DNA from: an uncultured Acidobacteriota bacterium
GTDB taxonomy: Bacteria > Acidobacteriota > UBA6911 > RPQK01 > JAPXNP01
Reading direction: 5' to 3'
Length of the DNA: 64,000 nucleotides
Assembly: GCA_963777605.1 (NCBI GenBank)
Contig: CAVZRV010000028.1
Coordinates: forward strand, 128,001 to 192,000
In this document: one piece after another, positions 42,740 through 53,466 of the stretch
How positions within the stretch are numbered: the stretch's first letter is position 1
Layout: each line of letters starts with the position of its first letter
Program-made: the position numbers and the translations under genes
Notes under the pieces: model-generated
Told to the model about the DNA's origin: nothing
Database searches by the model: none
What the model saw: the letters and a program-made list of their open reading frames with translations, nothing else

Positions 42740-44289
42740 GAAAGCTCCTTTCCGTGGACAAAATAGTCGGCCGGTCGTGCAAACCGGTAAGAGGGATGCG
42801 GCGCCCGCGCCGGCGGCGAGTCGGGAGCTTGCCGCCACAGGCCTTCTTCCAGGATCGTCCGCAGGCTGCGGTAGCGGAAGTTGCCGAAGCGCAGGGCCCG
42901 TCGACAGGCGCCATCGAGGGCCTCGGCTCCGTATTGCTCTCCCAGGCGGAGCACCCCCTGGGCCTTGCGGAGGTTGCGCATGGCGTGATCGGTGAGGATC
43001 CGGCGCATGTATTGCCCCACGTGCGGCCCCCATTCGTCCGCCCGGCGCCGGCAGTAGGCCGGCGTCTGTTCCAGATAGGCCAGTTTGTCGGGAGGATAAT
43101 CCTGCGGATCCGTTCTCCAGGTGCCCGCCCCGGCCGCCCGCAGGTGGGTCTTGAGGAGCTGGTGATCCCGGTAGACCCGCACCAGCTTCTGATCCGCCCG
43201 CACCCAGACCTGCTCTCCCCGAAAGCGATACGGCACCGAGTAGTAGGACTTCTCGAACACCAGGTGGCAGTCGGGATGGATCTTCGCCGGCTGCCAGGTC
43301 GCCAACTCAAAGGGTTCCCGGGGCAGCGGCAGCAGTTGGGCTTGTTCTTCCTCCAGGAACACCTCGTAAGGGGGACGATGGGTGGTTCCATGAGGGCGGC
43401 GGCCGATCTCCTCGCAACACCATACCAGCGCCCGCTCGTTGGCTTCCTCAATCGTCCGGTAATTGCGCCCGGCCAGCAGCTGCTGGCGGACGACCGGCAC
43501 TTGTCTCTCGACCTTCCCTTTGTGCTGCGCCATCGCCACCTTGGCCGGATCGGCCACGAAGCCGAAATGGCGTTCGAGCTCCGCATACGACCGGTTCAGG
43601 GTGGGATCGTACAGATCCGGCTTGAGGACGCCGCTTTTCAGGTTGTCGAGCACGACGGTCCGCACGCAACCCTGAAAGAAACGGAAGGCTCGCAGATGGC
43701 AGTCGATCCAGGTGGCGCTGTCCTGGCGGAAGACGAAGCGCACGAAACGATGCCGGCTGTAGCTCAGCACCATGATGAAGGCCCAGGCTCGACGAGGTTG
43801 CCCGGTTTGCGGGTCCACCAGCCGGCCGGCATAGCCGAAGTCCACCTGCGCCTGGACGGCCGGCGGGCTGTGCAGCCGGACCGTGACCCGTTTCTGCGCC
43901 GGGCGGAAGTGGCGCGTCACGTAGCGGTACACGCTCATGTAGCTCACCTTGAGCGCATAGTTTTCCTCGAGCAGGCGGCGCACCTGCTGAATGGTCATCT
44001 GAGTCTCTTCGAGCCACTGCTCGATCACGGCGTGATAGCGGCACAGCTGATCCTGAGCCGGCCGCTCGAAGGCAGCGCCTTCGCCGGAACCGACCAGCGC
44101 CGCCAGCGCCTCTTCGGGGGGCAGCGGCTCGTCCCGGCGGATCCCCGCCGCGCTCAGGCGCTCGAGATACTTGCGAATCGTTTTCCGGGCCAGGTGCAGC
44201 GAACGGCTGATCTCTCGAATGCTTCTCCCCCGGTGCCACTGGTAGACCATTTCCAGGTGTTCGTTCATGGCGATGTTCCTTCGCGCCAT
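42736..44289 (-). CDS. istA: IS21 DDE transposase
   Basis: QAQVDFG, LSYSR, DNLKSGV, KGKVE, YSVPY; GGAGGAG RBS. Confidence 0.95.
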   Translation of the reverse strand: MARRNIAMNEHLEMVYQWHRGRSIREISRSLHLARKTIRKYLERLSAAGIRRDEPLPPEEALAALVGSGEGAAFERPAQDQLCRYHAVIEQWLEETQMTIQQVRRLLEENYALKVSYMSVYRYVTRHFRPAQKRVTVRLHSPPAVQAQVDFGYAGRLVDPQTGQPRRAWAFIMVLSYSRHRFVRFVFRQDSATWIDCHLRAFRFFQGCVRTVVLDNLKSGVLKPDLYDPTLNRSYAELERHFGFVADPAKVAMAQHKGKVERQVPVVRQQLLAGRNYRTIEEANERALVWCCEEIGRRPHGTTHRPPYEVFLEEEQAQLLPLPREPFELATWQPAKIHPDCHLVFEKSYYSVPYRFRGEQVWVRADQKLVRVYRDHQLLKTHLRAAGAGTWRTDPQDYPPDKLAYLEQTPAYCRRRADEWGPHVGQYMRRILTDHAMRNLRKAQGVLRLGEQYGAEALDGACRRALRFGNFRYRSLRTILEEGLWRQAPDSPPARAPHPSYRFARPADYFVHGKELS

Positions 44290-45820
44290 CTCTCCTCCTC
44301 CGGGACTTACAGATCCCGCTCGGAACAGAGACGGTTCTCGCTTCAATCTGTCAAGCGGTGGGGGAATTACCTTGGTGAGACCCCGGGGGAATTAGCCTGG
44401 TGAAACCCTGGGGGAATTACCTTGGTGAAACTCCCTTTCGGTGGGGGATATACCATGGTGATCGACAGACGGCATTGTCATCACCCCGTCGCACAATCCG
44501 CCCCATGATGGCGGTTTCAAGTACAACCCGCCGAACGGCGGTCCGGCTGAGACCGGCGTCACCGACTGGATCGAGGCAAAAGCGAACGAGATTCTCGAAT
44601 CCGGCCCAAAAAGCGTGAAGCGGGTTCCGTACGAGAGGGCCCGTCACGCCTCGACAACGCATCGGTACGAGTACCTCCGTTCCTACATCAGCGATCTCGG
44701 CAATGTAGTCGACATGGAAGCAATTCGTGGCTCGAAGATCAGCCTCGGGGTTGATCCACTTGGTGGCGCCGGAGTGCATTACTGGGGCCCGATCGCCGAT
44801 CGTTACGGGTTGAACCTGACCGTCGTCAACGAGGCTGTCGATCCGACCTTCCGTTTCATGACGGTCGATTGGGACGGTCAGATCCGGATGGACCCATCGT
44901 CGCCCTTTGCCATGCAGCGATTGATCAGGATCAAGGACCGGTATGACCTTTCCTTTGCCTGCGACACCGACCATGACCGGCACGGAATCGTCACCCGAAG
45001 CGCGGGATTGCTGCCGCCCAACCATTACCTGTCGGTTGCCGTTTTCTATCTCTTCCAACATCGGCCGAAGTGGCGCAAGCAAGCGGCGGTCGGCAAAACG
45101 GTAGTGAGCAGCCAGATGATTGATCGGGTTACCGCGAAGCTTGGCCGGAAGCTCTGCGAGGTGCCGGTCGGCTTTAAGTGGTTTGTGGATGGCTTGTTCG
45201 ACGGTTCGCTTGGCTTCGGCGGTGAGGAGAGCGCGGGTGCATCTTTCATCCGGATGAATGGCAGCGTCTGGACGACCGACAAAGACGGCATCATCTCGGC
45301 TTTGCTGGCGGCGGAGATCACGGCGCGGACGGGCCACGACCCGGGCGAGATCTATCGCGACCTCACGCGCCAGTTCGGTGAGCCTGTGTACGACCGGGTT
45401 GAGGCATCTGCCACCCCGGAGCAGAAAGAGGCGCTGGCGAGACTCTCGCCGGACAAGATTCGACTCACAGCTCTGTCCGGCGAAACGATCGAGTCCGTGA
45501 TTACTCATGCGCCTGGCAATGGCGCTCCCATCGGTGGAATCAAAGTGATTGCCAAGAATGGATGGTTCGCGGCTCGTCCCTCAGGAACCGAAGACATCTA
45601 CAAGATCTACGCCGAAAGCTTCCTTGGAGAGGATCATCTTCACCGCATCCTGGAGGAAGCGCAAGCGATCGTTAACGACGCTATTGTGCCGGCGGCTCCT
45701 TCCATAACAGTTCCCCTGCAAAAAGATGAAAGGAGTTGATCTCATGAAATCCAAGTGCGCGCCTTGGGTAAGGGCAAGCGGTGTGGCTGTCTTGGGGTAA
45801 GAAGAAGGAAGGACAATAAT

Positions 45821-48367
45821 ATGATTAAGCAAAAGCCCGTTGGAAGCCCGATCTACAGCCTTCTGCCCATGGAGGTCGATGGGTTTGATTCTCTGGCGGA
45901 GCTGGCCCTGGATCTGCGCTCGTCCTGGAATCACGCCACCGACGAGGTATGGCGCCAGCTCGATTCCGCGCTGTGGGAGTTCACGAAAAATCCCTGGGTG
46001 GTCCTGCAGACTGTCTCAAAGGACAAAATCAAGAAGGTGCTGGCCGATCCGGCCTTCCGCAAAAACATTGATGCGCTGTTACAAGCCAAGCGGCGGGCGG
46101 CGGACACGCCCGCCTGGTTTCAGCAAAATCATCCGCAGTCTCCCCTGAAATGTGCCGCGTATTTCAGCATGGAATATATGTTGAGCGAAGCGCTGCCCAT
46201 CTACTCAGGCGGGCTGGGTAATGTGGCGGGTGATCAGCTCAAAGCCGCCAGCGATCTGGGGGTTCCGGTAGTCGGCGTAGGTCTGCTTTACCAGCAAGGC
46301 TATTTTCGCCAGGTGATCGACCAGGACGGAGCGCAACAGGCCCTCTTCCCGTATAACGACCCCGGACAGCTGCCGATCACGCCGTTGCGCCAGGCAAACG
46401 GGGAGTGGTTGCGCCTGGAGATCGCCTTGCCCGGTTACTCGGTCTGGCTGCGCGCCTGGCAGGCCCAAGTCGGGAGGGTCAAGCTCTACCTGCTGGACAG
46501 TAATGATGCGGCAAACTTTCCCGCCCATCGAGGGATTACCAGCGAACTGTACGGCGGCGGGCCGGAGTTGCGGCTCAAGCAGGAATTGCTCCTCGGGATC
46601 GGCGGATGGCGGCTGCTGGGTGCGCTCAGCATCCAACCCGAAGTCTGTCATCTGAACGAAGGCCATGCAGCCTTCGCCGTGCTGGAACGTGCCCGATGCT
46701 TCATGGAAGAGACAGGGCAACCCTTCGAGGTGGCCCTGGCCGTTACACGCGCGGGGAACCTCTTCACGACGCACACGGCCGTGGCCGCCGGCTTTGACCG
46801 CTTCGCTCCAGCCCTCATTGAGCAATACCTCAGTGGCTATGCCGAGCAGAAGCTCGGCATACCGCTCCATGACTTGCTGGCTCTGGGCCGCCAGGACCCG
46901 AACGACCCATCAGAGCGCTTCAACATGGCCTATCTGGCAGTCCGTGGGAGCGGGGCGGTCAATGGCGTCAGTCAATTGCACGGAACGGTGAGCCGGCACA
47001 TCCTGGGCCCTCTCTTTCCACGCTGGCCCGAGGAAGAGGTGCCGGTCGGACATGTGACCAACGGAGTTCACATGCCGAGCTGGGACTCGGCGGCGGCCGA
47101 CGATCTTTGGACGGAGGTCTGTGGCAAGGACCGCTGGCTGGGGACAGCGGGAAATCTGGAGCAGAACATTCGCCGTGTCCCCGACGCCGAACTCTGGCAC
47201 CTGCGCACCGCGGCCACCAGGTCTTTCATTGAATACGTTCGCGAACGTTTATCGAGACAACTGGCCGCCTCCGGTACGTCGCGCGATTCGGTTGAAATCG
47301 CAAAGCACCTGTTTGATCCCGACGCATTGACGCTGGGTTTTGCCCGGCGCTTCGCGACCTACAAGAGACCAAACCTGCTGCTGCACGACCCGGATCGCCT
47401 GCTTCGCTTGTTGACCAACCCTGAACGCCCCGTGCAGCTCGTCCTTGCCGGCAAGGCCCATCCGGCAGACCAGGCGGGGCAGGCCTTGATTCAGGAATGG
47501 ACGCGTTTCATCCGGCGGCCGGAGACGCGCCCCCATGTGATTTTCCTCAGTGATTACGACATGCTCTTGACCGAGCAATTGGTTCAGGGGGTGGATGTCT
47601 GGCTCAACACACCGCGGCGGCCCTGGGAGGCGAGCGGAACGAGCGGCATGAAGGTGCTCGTCAATGGCGGCCTCAATTTGTCGGAGTTGGACGGCTGGTG
47701 GGCGGAAGCCTACACGCCTGAAGTGGGCTGGGCGTTGGGGGACGGTCAGGAGCATGGAGACGATCCCGCGTGGGACGCTGCCGAAGCCGAAGCGCTTTAC
47801 GACCTGCTCGAACAGGAAGTAATCCCCGAGTTCTTTGCCCGCGACCAGTACGGCATCCCCACCGCCTGGGTTGCGCGGATGCGCGAAAGCATGGCGCGAT
47901 TGACACCGCGCTTTTCCGCCGACCGAACGGTGCGCCAATACACCGAGCAAAACTACATCCCGGCTGCCGCAACCTACCATGAGCGGGCTGCCGAAAATGG
48001 CGCAATCGGGATGCGGGTAGTGAATTGGCGGCACGCCCTGGAACAGAAATGGGCCGCGCTACGGTTCGGCGAAGTGAAGGTGGAGACTGACGGCGGACAA
48101 AACGTGTTTGAGGTCGAGGTGTATCTCGATGATCTCGATCCAGAGGCAGTGCGGGTTGAGCTCTATGCCGACGGAGTCAGCGACGGCGCTCCCGAGCGGC
48201 AGGAGATGGAGCGCATTGGACAACCGCCGGGCCCGGCCGACGGCAGCACCTATCGCGCGCGGGTGTCTGCAAACCGCCCGGCGACAGACTACACGGTGCG
48301 ACTGATACCGCACCACGGCGGCGCGTCGGTTCCTCTGGAAGCCGCTCACATCCTGTGGCACCAATGA
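45821..48367 (+). CDS. glgP: Alpha-glucan phosphorylase
   Basis: YFSME, YSGGLG, HLNEGH, FARRFATYKR, PLP motif EASGTSGMK. Confidence 0.95.
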   Translation: MIKQKPVGSPIYSLLPMEVDGFDSLAELALDLRSSWNHATDEVWRQLDSALWEFTKNPWVVLQTVSKDKIKKVLADPAFRKNIDALLQAKRRAADTPAWFQQNHPQSPLKCAAYFSMEYMLSEALPIYSGGLGNVAGDQLKAASDLGVPVVGVGLLYQQGYFRQVIDQDGAQQALFPYNDPGQLPITPLRQANGEWLRLEIALPGYSVWLRAWQAQVGRVKLYLLDSNDAANFPAHRGITSELYGGGPELRLKQELLLGIGGWRLLGALSIQPEVCHLNEGHAAFAVLERARCFMEETGQPFEVALAVTRAGNLFTTHTAVAAGFDRFAPALIEQYLSGYAEQKLGIPLHDLLALGRQDPNDPSERFNMAYLAVRGSGAVNGVSQLHGTVSRHILGPLFPRWPEEEVPVGHVTNGVHMPSWDSAAADDLWTEVCGKDRWLGTAGNLEQNIRRVPDAELWHLRTAATRSFIEYVRERLSRQLAASGTSRDSVEIAKHLFDPDALTLGFARRFATYKRPNLLLHDPDRLLRLLTNPERPVQLVLAGKAHPADQAGQALIQEWTRFIRRPETRPHVIFLSDYDMLLTEQLVQGVDVWLNTPRRPWEASGTSGMKVLVNGGLNLSELDGWWAEAYTPEVGWALGDGQEHGDDPAWDAAEAEALYDLLEQEVIPEFFARDQYGIPTAWVARMRESMARLTPRFSADRTVRQYTEQNYIPAAATYHERAAENGAIGMRVVNWRHALEQKWAALRFGEVKVETDGGQNVFEVEVYLDDLDPEAVRVELYADGVSDGAPERQEMERIGQPPGPADGSTYRARVSANRPATDYTVRLIPHHGGASVPLEAAHILWHQ

Positions 48368-48491
48368 TTCAACCTTGGATGGAAGAGGGATGAGACCAAA
48401 CGACCCGATGCGAAAGCCCAAAAAGCATGCTTCACACCAACCGCGAATTTACCCGTGCGAAACTATCCCCACTCGCACTAAGGAGCATCCG

Positions 48492-49289
48492 ATGAGCGAT
48501 AATCTCGGAAATCCCGTACCCGGCGGGCCCGGAATTCCCCGCGCGCTGGACTTCCAGCGCCAAGACCGGCGTGGGCACGGCCCTCAGCAACAAGAGCCGC
48601 GTCTGGTTCACGCTGAGCCACGGTATCTTCAACGAGATCTATTACCCCCGCATTGACCAGGCCTGCACCCGTGACATGGGGTTGATCGTCACGGACGGAG
48701 CGGATTTCTTCTCCGAGGAGAAAGCGATGCCGGACACAAAGTGGAATGGCTGGCCGACGGTGTGCCGGCATTCCGGCTGCTCAATACCTGCAAGGATGGC
48801 CGCTACCGCATCGAAAAGCAGGTTGTGGCCGATCCCCGGCGCGACACGGTTTTGCAGCAGGTCCAGTTTATCGCGCAGCAAGGCGCACTGTCCGATTATC
48901 ACGCGCACGTCCTGCTCGCGCCACACCTTGGAAACAGTGGCGGCGGCAATACCGCCTGGATAGGGGAATTTGAGGGAACGCCACTGCTGTTTGCCCAGCG
49001 GAACGATTGTGCCCTGGCGCTGGCTTGTTCCGCTCCGTGGACAAAGCGATCGGTCGGCTACGTCGGTTCGTCGGACGGCTGGCAAGACTTGAAGGCACAC
49101 GATGCCGGGCTGGGGATTCACATTGCGGATCTCTCGACCAAATCGCTTCCCGAGGGAAGGCAGATCAAATTCACGTTCTACTGGCCGGACGCTGATCATT
49201 GGGAAGGCAAGGACTTCATTGTCCGCGTCGGCTCTTTCCATCGGGATGGAACTGCCTCTGCAAAAAGGAGTGAGAGGGATGAAAAATAA
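48492..49289 (+). pseudogene. GH15 glucoamylase/glucodextranase remnant lacking the catalytic barrel
   Basis: PGGPGI, WTSSAKTGVGTA, SRVWFTLSHGIFNEIYYPRID, SVGYVGSSDGWQDL joined directly to C-terminal 'GLGIHIADL...FTFYW...WEGKDF'; 2 frameshifts. Confidence 0.8.
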
Positions 49290-50652
49290 GGCCAAATCGG
49301 AAGTAAACGGTTTTGTCTATGTCGCTGTCGGGGTCGCCGCTATCGGTGGCCTGCTCTTCGGCTATGATACCGGCGTTGTTTCCGGGGCCATATTGTTCAT
49401 TACAAAACAGTTTTCCCTGTCGGCCACCATGGAGGAAATCGTCGTCAGTTCCGTTTTGGTGGGTGCCGTTGCTGGTGCGACTATCGGAGGTGCTCTGACT
49501 GGCCGCTTTGGGCGGCGCACAATGATAATACTGGCCGGCCTCATCTTTACGGTCAGCGCCCTCGGCACGGCTCTGGCGCCAACGGTTGCGTGGTTGATTG
49601 CTGCCAGGATGGTGAGCGGAATCGGCATCGGCATCGCTTCCTTTATCTCTCCCATGTACATTGCCGAGCTGGTGCCGGCGAGAGTTCGCGGTTCATTAGT
49701 GGCGGTAAACATGCTGGCGATTACCACCGGCATCGTGGTTGCCTACCTGGTGGACTATGCACTGTCCGGCATCGAGGGTTGGCGATATATGTTTGGTTTG
49801 GCGGCGATACCATCTATCGCTCTGGTCATTGGAATGTGGCGGCTACCCGACAGTCCGCGCTGGTTGATCAGCACGTCGAAGGTGGAACAGGCGCGGCGGG
49901 TTTTACAGCGCGTAAGGACTGCATCAGACGTAAGTCCGGAAATCACTGACATCCAGCAAAGCATGGAAAAGCAGGGCCACGGCGGGGTTGCTGGGCTATT
50001 CCAGCTTTCACTTAGGATGCCTATGGTTGTCGGCTTGGGGCTGGCTGTATTTCAGCAGATAACCGGCATTAATACCGTCATCTATTACGCCCCGACCATT
50101 TTCAAGTTTGTCGGCATTAAGGCCGCGGGTCCCGCAATCCTGGCTGGAGCGGGGTTGACCATGGTGATGTGGATTTTTCATGTGCTGGCCATCTTCCTGC
50201 TGGACCGGGTCGGCCGGAGGCCTTTGTTACTGGTCGGAGTGGCTGGCCAGATTATTGGGCTGGCGATTTTGGGCGCGGCTTTCCAGTTCCAACAGTTGGC
50301 GATTTTCAAGAGTTATGTCGCCATCGGCGGACTGGTGATCTACGTCGCGTGTTTCGCCTTTGGGCTCGGGCCGATCTTCTGGCTGTTGATTTCCGAGATC
50401 TATCCACTGAAGGTCCGCGGTGCAGCCATGAGCGCCGTGACGGTCACTAACTGGGTATTGAATCTGGTGGTGGCAGTGACTTTCCTGACCCTGGTCGGGG
50501 TTCTTGGGCACGCTGGAACTTTCTGGTTATACGGTGTCATCGCGATCGGTGCCTGGGTCTTCTTTTATCTGCTGGTGCCGGAAACCAAGGGCAAAACGCT
50601 CGAACAGATTGAAGAGCACTGGCGGTCGGGAAAGCATCCACGGGCATTATGA
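49279..50652 (+). CDS. Sugar porter family MFS transporter
   Basis: GGLLFGYDTG, GRFGRR, PDSPRWL, QQITGIN, PETKG. Confidence 0.95.
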   Translation: MKNKAKSEVNGFVYVAVGVAAIGGLLFGYDTGVVSGAILFITKQFSLSATMEEIVVSSVLVGAVAGATIGGALTGRFGRRTMIILAGLIFTVSALGTALAPTVAWLIAARMVSGIGIGIASFISPMYIAELVPARVRGSLVAVNMLAITTGIVVAYLVDYALSGIEGWRYMFGLAAIPSIALVIGMWRLPDSPRWLISTSKVEQARRVLQRVRTASDVSPEITDIQQSMEKQGHGGVAGLFQLSLRMPMVVGLGLAVFQQITGINTVIYYAPTIFKFVGIKAAGPAILAGAGLTMVMWIFHVLAIFLLDRVGRRPLLLVGVAGQIIGLAILGAAFQFQQLAIFKSYVAIGGLVIYVACFAFGLGPIFWLLISEIYPLKVRGAAMSAVTVTNWVLNLVVAVTFLTLVGVLGHAGTFWLYGVIAIGAWVFFYLLVPETKGKTLEQIEEHWRSGKHPRAL

Positions 50653-50671
50653 CAGCAAGAAGGAGAGTCCC

Positions 50672-52120
50672 ATGAAGCAGGTCCAATTTAGCTGCCGCCT
50701 GGCGGACAAGTCGGCGGCGTTACCGCATTTTTGGGAGCATACCGTTGGCAGTGGGCATGCCCCCTTGGCGCTCCGTGCAGACTGGCAGCAGCAGTTGCGG
50801 GAGTGCCATGAGCAACTTGGCTTTCATCATACTCGCTTTCACGGATTGCTGTCCGATGAAATGGGGACGCTTATGGACGAGCGCGATCAGTTGCTCTACT
50901 CATTCTTCAACGCCGATCAAATCTGCGATTTCCTCCTGTCGATCGGGATGAAACCGTTCGTCGAACTGAGTTTCATGCCGTGGGCAATTTCTACCCGCAG
51001 CAAGACTGTGTTCCATTATGGCGCCAACGTGACGCCGCCCAAAGATTACGCCCAGTGGGCAAAGTTGATCTGCAAGCTGGCAACGCATTGGGTCGAGCGC
51101 TTCGGCATCGACGAAGTCAGCACATGGTTCTTCGAAGTGTGGAACGAACCCAACCTCAAGGCATTCTGGACAGGCGCGCAAGCCGAATATTTCAAGCTCT
51201 ATCGCTTCACCGCGCAGGCGATTAAAGAGGTGGATGACCGACTGCAGGTAGGCGGGCCCGCAACCGCGAATAACGAATGGATCACGGAGTTTTTGGATTT
51301 CTGCGAGAAGAACAACGTGCCAGCGGATTTTGTCAGCACGCACCATTACCCCACCGACGCGCTCGGTACCATTGGCGAGGATACCGAGACGCAGCTTGCC
51401 CACAGCCAGCGGAGCATTCTGCGCGAATGGGCGCAAGCAACACACCGCAAGGCACGCGGAAAGCCGCTTTACTACACGGAATGGAACTCGTCCTCGAATC
51501 CGCGTGACCACCTGCACGATGAGCCCTACACAGCGGCGGTCATCGTCAAGACCATGATGGAAGCCAGAGGGCTCGTGCAAGGCTACAGCTTCTGGTCGTT
51601 TACTGACATTTTCGAGGAAAACTACATGCCCGCGACCGCGTTCCAGGGCGGATTCGGTCTGCTCTCGCTGCAGGGGGTCGCCAAACCGTCTTACCGTGCC
51701 TTCGAGCTGTTGCACCGCCTCGGCGTCGATGAATTACCCGTAGACGGGGTGCACGAAACGGTGGATGTGTGGGTCGTGCGCGGTCGCGACGACGTTACGG
51801 TTCTGCTGACGAACCATGCACTGCCACGGCATCCGATTGAGAGCGAGTCTGTTCATGTCCACCTGACAGGCCTTCTGTCGCCGCGCAATGTCTTCATTGA
51901 GCGCATCGATGACGATCACGCAAATGCGAAGCGCCTCTGGATTGAAATGGGTAAACCTGCGCTTCCCACGCCGCGCGAAGTCGAACAGTTGAAAGTGGCA
52001 TCGCAAATCGTGCGCGAGCCGCTGCACTGGAAGTACGAAGCTGGCGCGCTCCACATGGATATTGCGATGCCACCGCAGGCAATCGCTGCCATCACGGTGG
52101 AACTGGCACCGAAGCCATAG
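50672..52120 (+). CDS. GH39 beta-xylosidase-like glycosidase
   Basis: RFHGLLSD, KPFVELSFMP, WNEPN (acid/base), YTEWN (nucleophile). Confidence 0.9.
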   Translation: MKQVQFSCRLADKSAALPHFWEHTVGSGHAPLALRADWQQQLRECHEQLGFHHTRFHGLLSDEMGTLMDERDQLLYSFFNADQICDFLLSIGMKPFVELSFMPWAISTRSKTVFHYGANVTPPKDYAQWAKLICKLATHWVERFGIDEVSTWFFEVWNEPNLKAFWTGAQAEYFKLYRFTAQAIKEVDDRLQVGGPATANNEWITEFLDFCEKNNVPADFVSTHHYPTDALGTIGEDTETQLAHSQRSILREWAQATHRKARGKPLYYTEWNSSSNPRDHLHDEPYTAAVIVKTMMEARGLVQGYSFWSFTDIFEENYMPATAFQGGFGLLSLQGVAKPSYRAFELLHRLGVDELPVDGVHETVDVWVVRGRDDVTVLLTNHALPRHPIESESVHVHLTGLLSPRNVFIERIDDDHANAKRLWIEMGKPALPTPREVEQLKVASQIVREPLHWKYEAGALHMDIAMPPQAIAAITVELAPKP

Positions 52121-52137
52121 AGCGGAGACTCTCAGTC

Positions 52138-53466
52138 ATGAGTGATCTAAACGTCAATTCCGAAGTGCTGGAGTCGTTGCAACGCGAGACATTCGACTAC
52201 TTCGTTTACGAAGCGAACCCGCTTAACGGCTTGGTCGTCGACAAGACTCAAGCAGGAGCGCCGGCAAGTATTGCGGCCGTCGGGTTGGCCCTGTCGTGCT
52301 ATCCCGTCGGGGTGGAGCACGGTTTTATCACTCGCACACAAGCAATCCAACGAACCCTGGCGACCTTGCGCTTTTTCCACAACAGCGTTCAGAGCACCGA
52401 CCCCGATGTGACCGGCTACAAGGGTTTCTATTACCACTTTCTCGACATGATCAGCGGAAAGCGCGCCTGGATGTGCGAGCTGTCCACGATCGATACCGCG
52501 TTTCTGCTGGCAGGCATGCTGATGGCAGCAGCATATTTCTCGGGCAGTACCGCCGACGAACGCGAAATCCGCATGCTCGCCGATGAGTTATACCTGCGAA
52601 CTGATTGGGAGTGGGCCCAAAACGGCGGGTTGACTGTTACCCACGGATGGAAACCCGAGAGCGGATTCCTGCCGTACCGCTGGCAAGGGTATGACGAGGC
52701 GCTGTTTCTCTATCTGCTCGCTCTCGGTTCGCCGACCCATCTGCTGCCGGACGAAAGTTATGTGCAGTGGACCTCCACATACGAATGGAGAAAGATTTAC
52801 GACCACGAGTTCTTGTACTCTGGGCCGCTCTTTACACACCAGATTTCTCATCTCTGGATCGACTTTCGCGGAATCCAGGATGACTATATGCGCGGCAAGG
52901 GCATTGATTATTACGAGAACAGCCGCCGCGCGACCTATGTCCAGCAGCAGTACGCGATTGACAACCCCGCTGAATTCGACGGCTACGGTGCAAACTGCTG
53001 GGGCATCACCGCGAGCGATGGTCCTGGGCCGGCGAAACGCATGATCAAGAGACACAAGCGGCAATTCTTTGGCTATCAAGCGCGCGGCGTGCCGGAGGGC
53101 CCCGACGACGGAAGCATCGCCCCTTGGGCGGTGGTCGCTTCACTCCCTTTTGCGCCCGAGATCGTGCTACCGGCGCTGCAGTACTTCGAGACGGTGAAAT
53201 TGCGCACGAAAAACCAGTATGGCTTCAAAGCCACCTTCAACGCCACTTTTGCCGACAGCCCCGATCAGTCGCAATTGTGGGTATCCCCATTCAACTGTGG
53301 TCTCAACCAGGGACCAATCATCTTGATGATCGAGAATTACCACTCCGGCCTGCCCTGGCATCTCATGCGTCAATGTCCCTATCTTATCGCGGGGCTTCGC
53401 CGGGCCGGTTTTCGGGGTGGTTGGCTCGGGCAGAATGAACCAGGAGTAGTCCATGAAACCCACTAA
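52138..53466 (+). CDS. GH144 / 'glucoamylase family' (beta-1,2-glucanase-like) protein
   Basis: SIAAVG, GFYYHF, ELSTIDTA, GPLFTHQ, WGITASDGP, QGPIILMIEN. Confidence 0.85.
   Translation: MSDLNVNSEVLESLQRETFDYFVYEANPLNGLVVDKTQAGAPASIAAVGLALSCYPVGVEHGFITRTQAIQRTLATLRFFHNSVQSTDPDVTGYKGFYYHFLDMISGKRAWMCELSTIDTAFLLAGMLMAAAYFSGSTADEREIRMLADELYLRTDWEWAQNGGLTVTHGWKPESGFLPYRWQGYDEALFLYLLALGSPTHLLPDESYVQWTSTYEWRKIYDHEFLYSGPLFTHQISHLWIDFRGIQDDYMRGKGIDYYENSRRATYVQQQYAIDNPAEFDGYGANCWGITASDGPGPAKRMIKRHKRQFFGYQARGVPEGPDDGSIAPWAVVASLPFAPEIVLPALQYFETVKLRTKNQYGFKATFNATFADSPDQSQLWVSPFNCGLNQGPIILMIENYHSGLPWHLMRQCPYLIAGLRRAGFRGGWLGQNEPGVVHETH

Larger units (their letters stand above)
41157..44467 (-). mobile_element. 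IS21-family element with three ORFs
   Basis: Ends TGTCAATCACCAAGGTAATTCCCCCAC and (rc) TGTCGATCACCATGGTATATCCCCCAC; GACGG TSD at 41152-41156 and 44468-44472; subterminal GGGGAATTACCTTGGTGA-type repeats in 44361-44461. Confidence 0.96.
40711..45739 (+). pseudogene. pgm: Phosphoglucomutase interrupted by IS21 (N-part 40711-41156, C-part 44473-45739)
   Basis: FGTSGHRG...ADG joined to [10 protein letters not shown]; [13 protein letters not shown]; frame restored if the IS and one TSD copy are removed. Confidence 0.95.
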
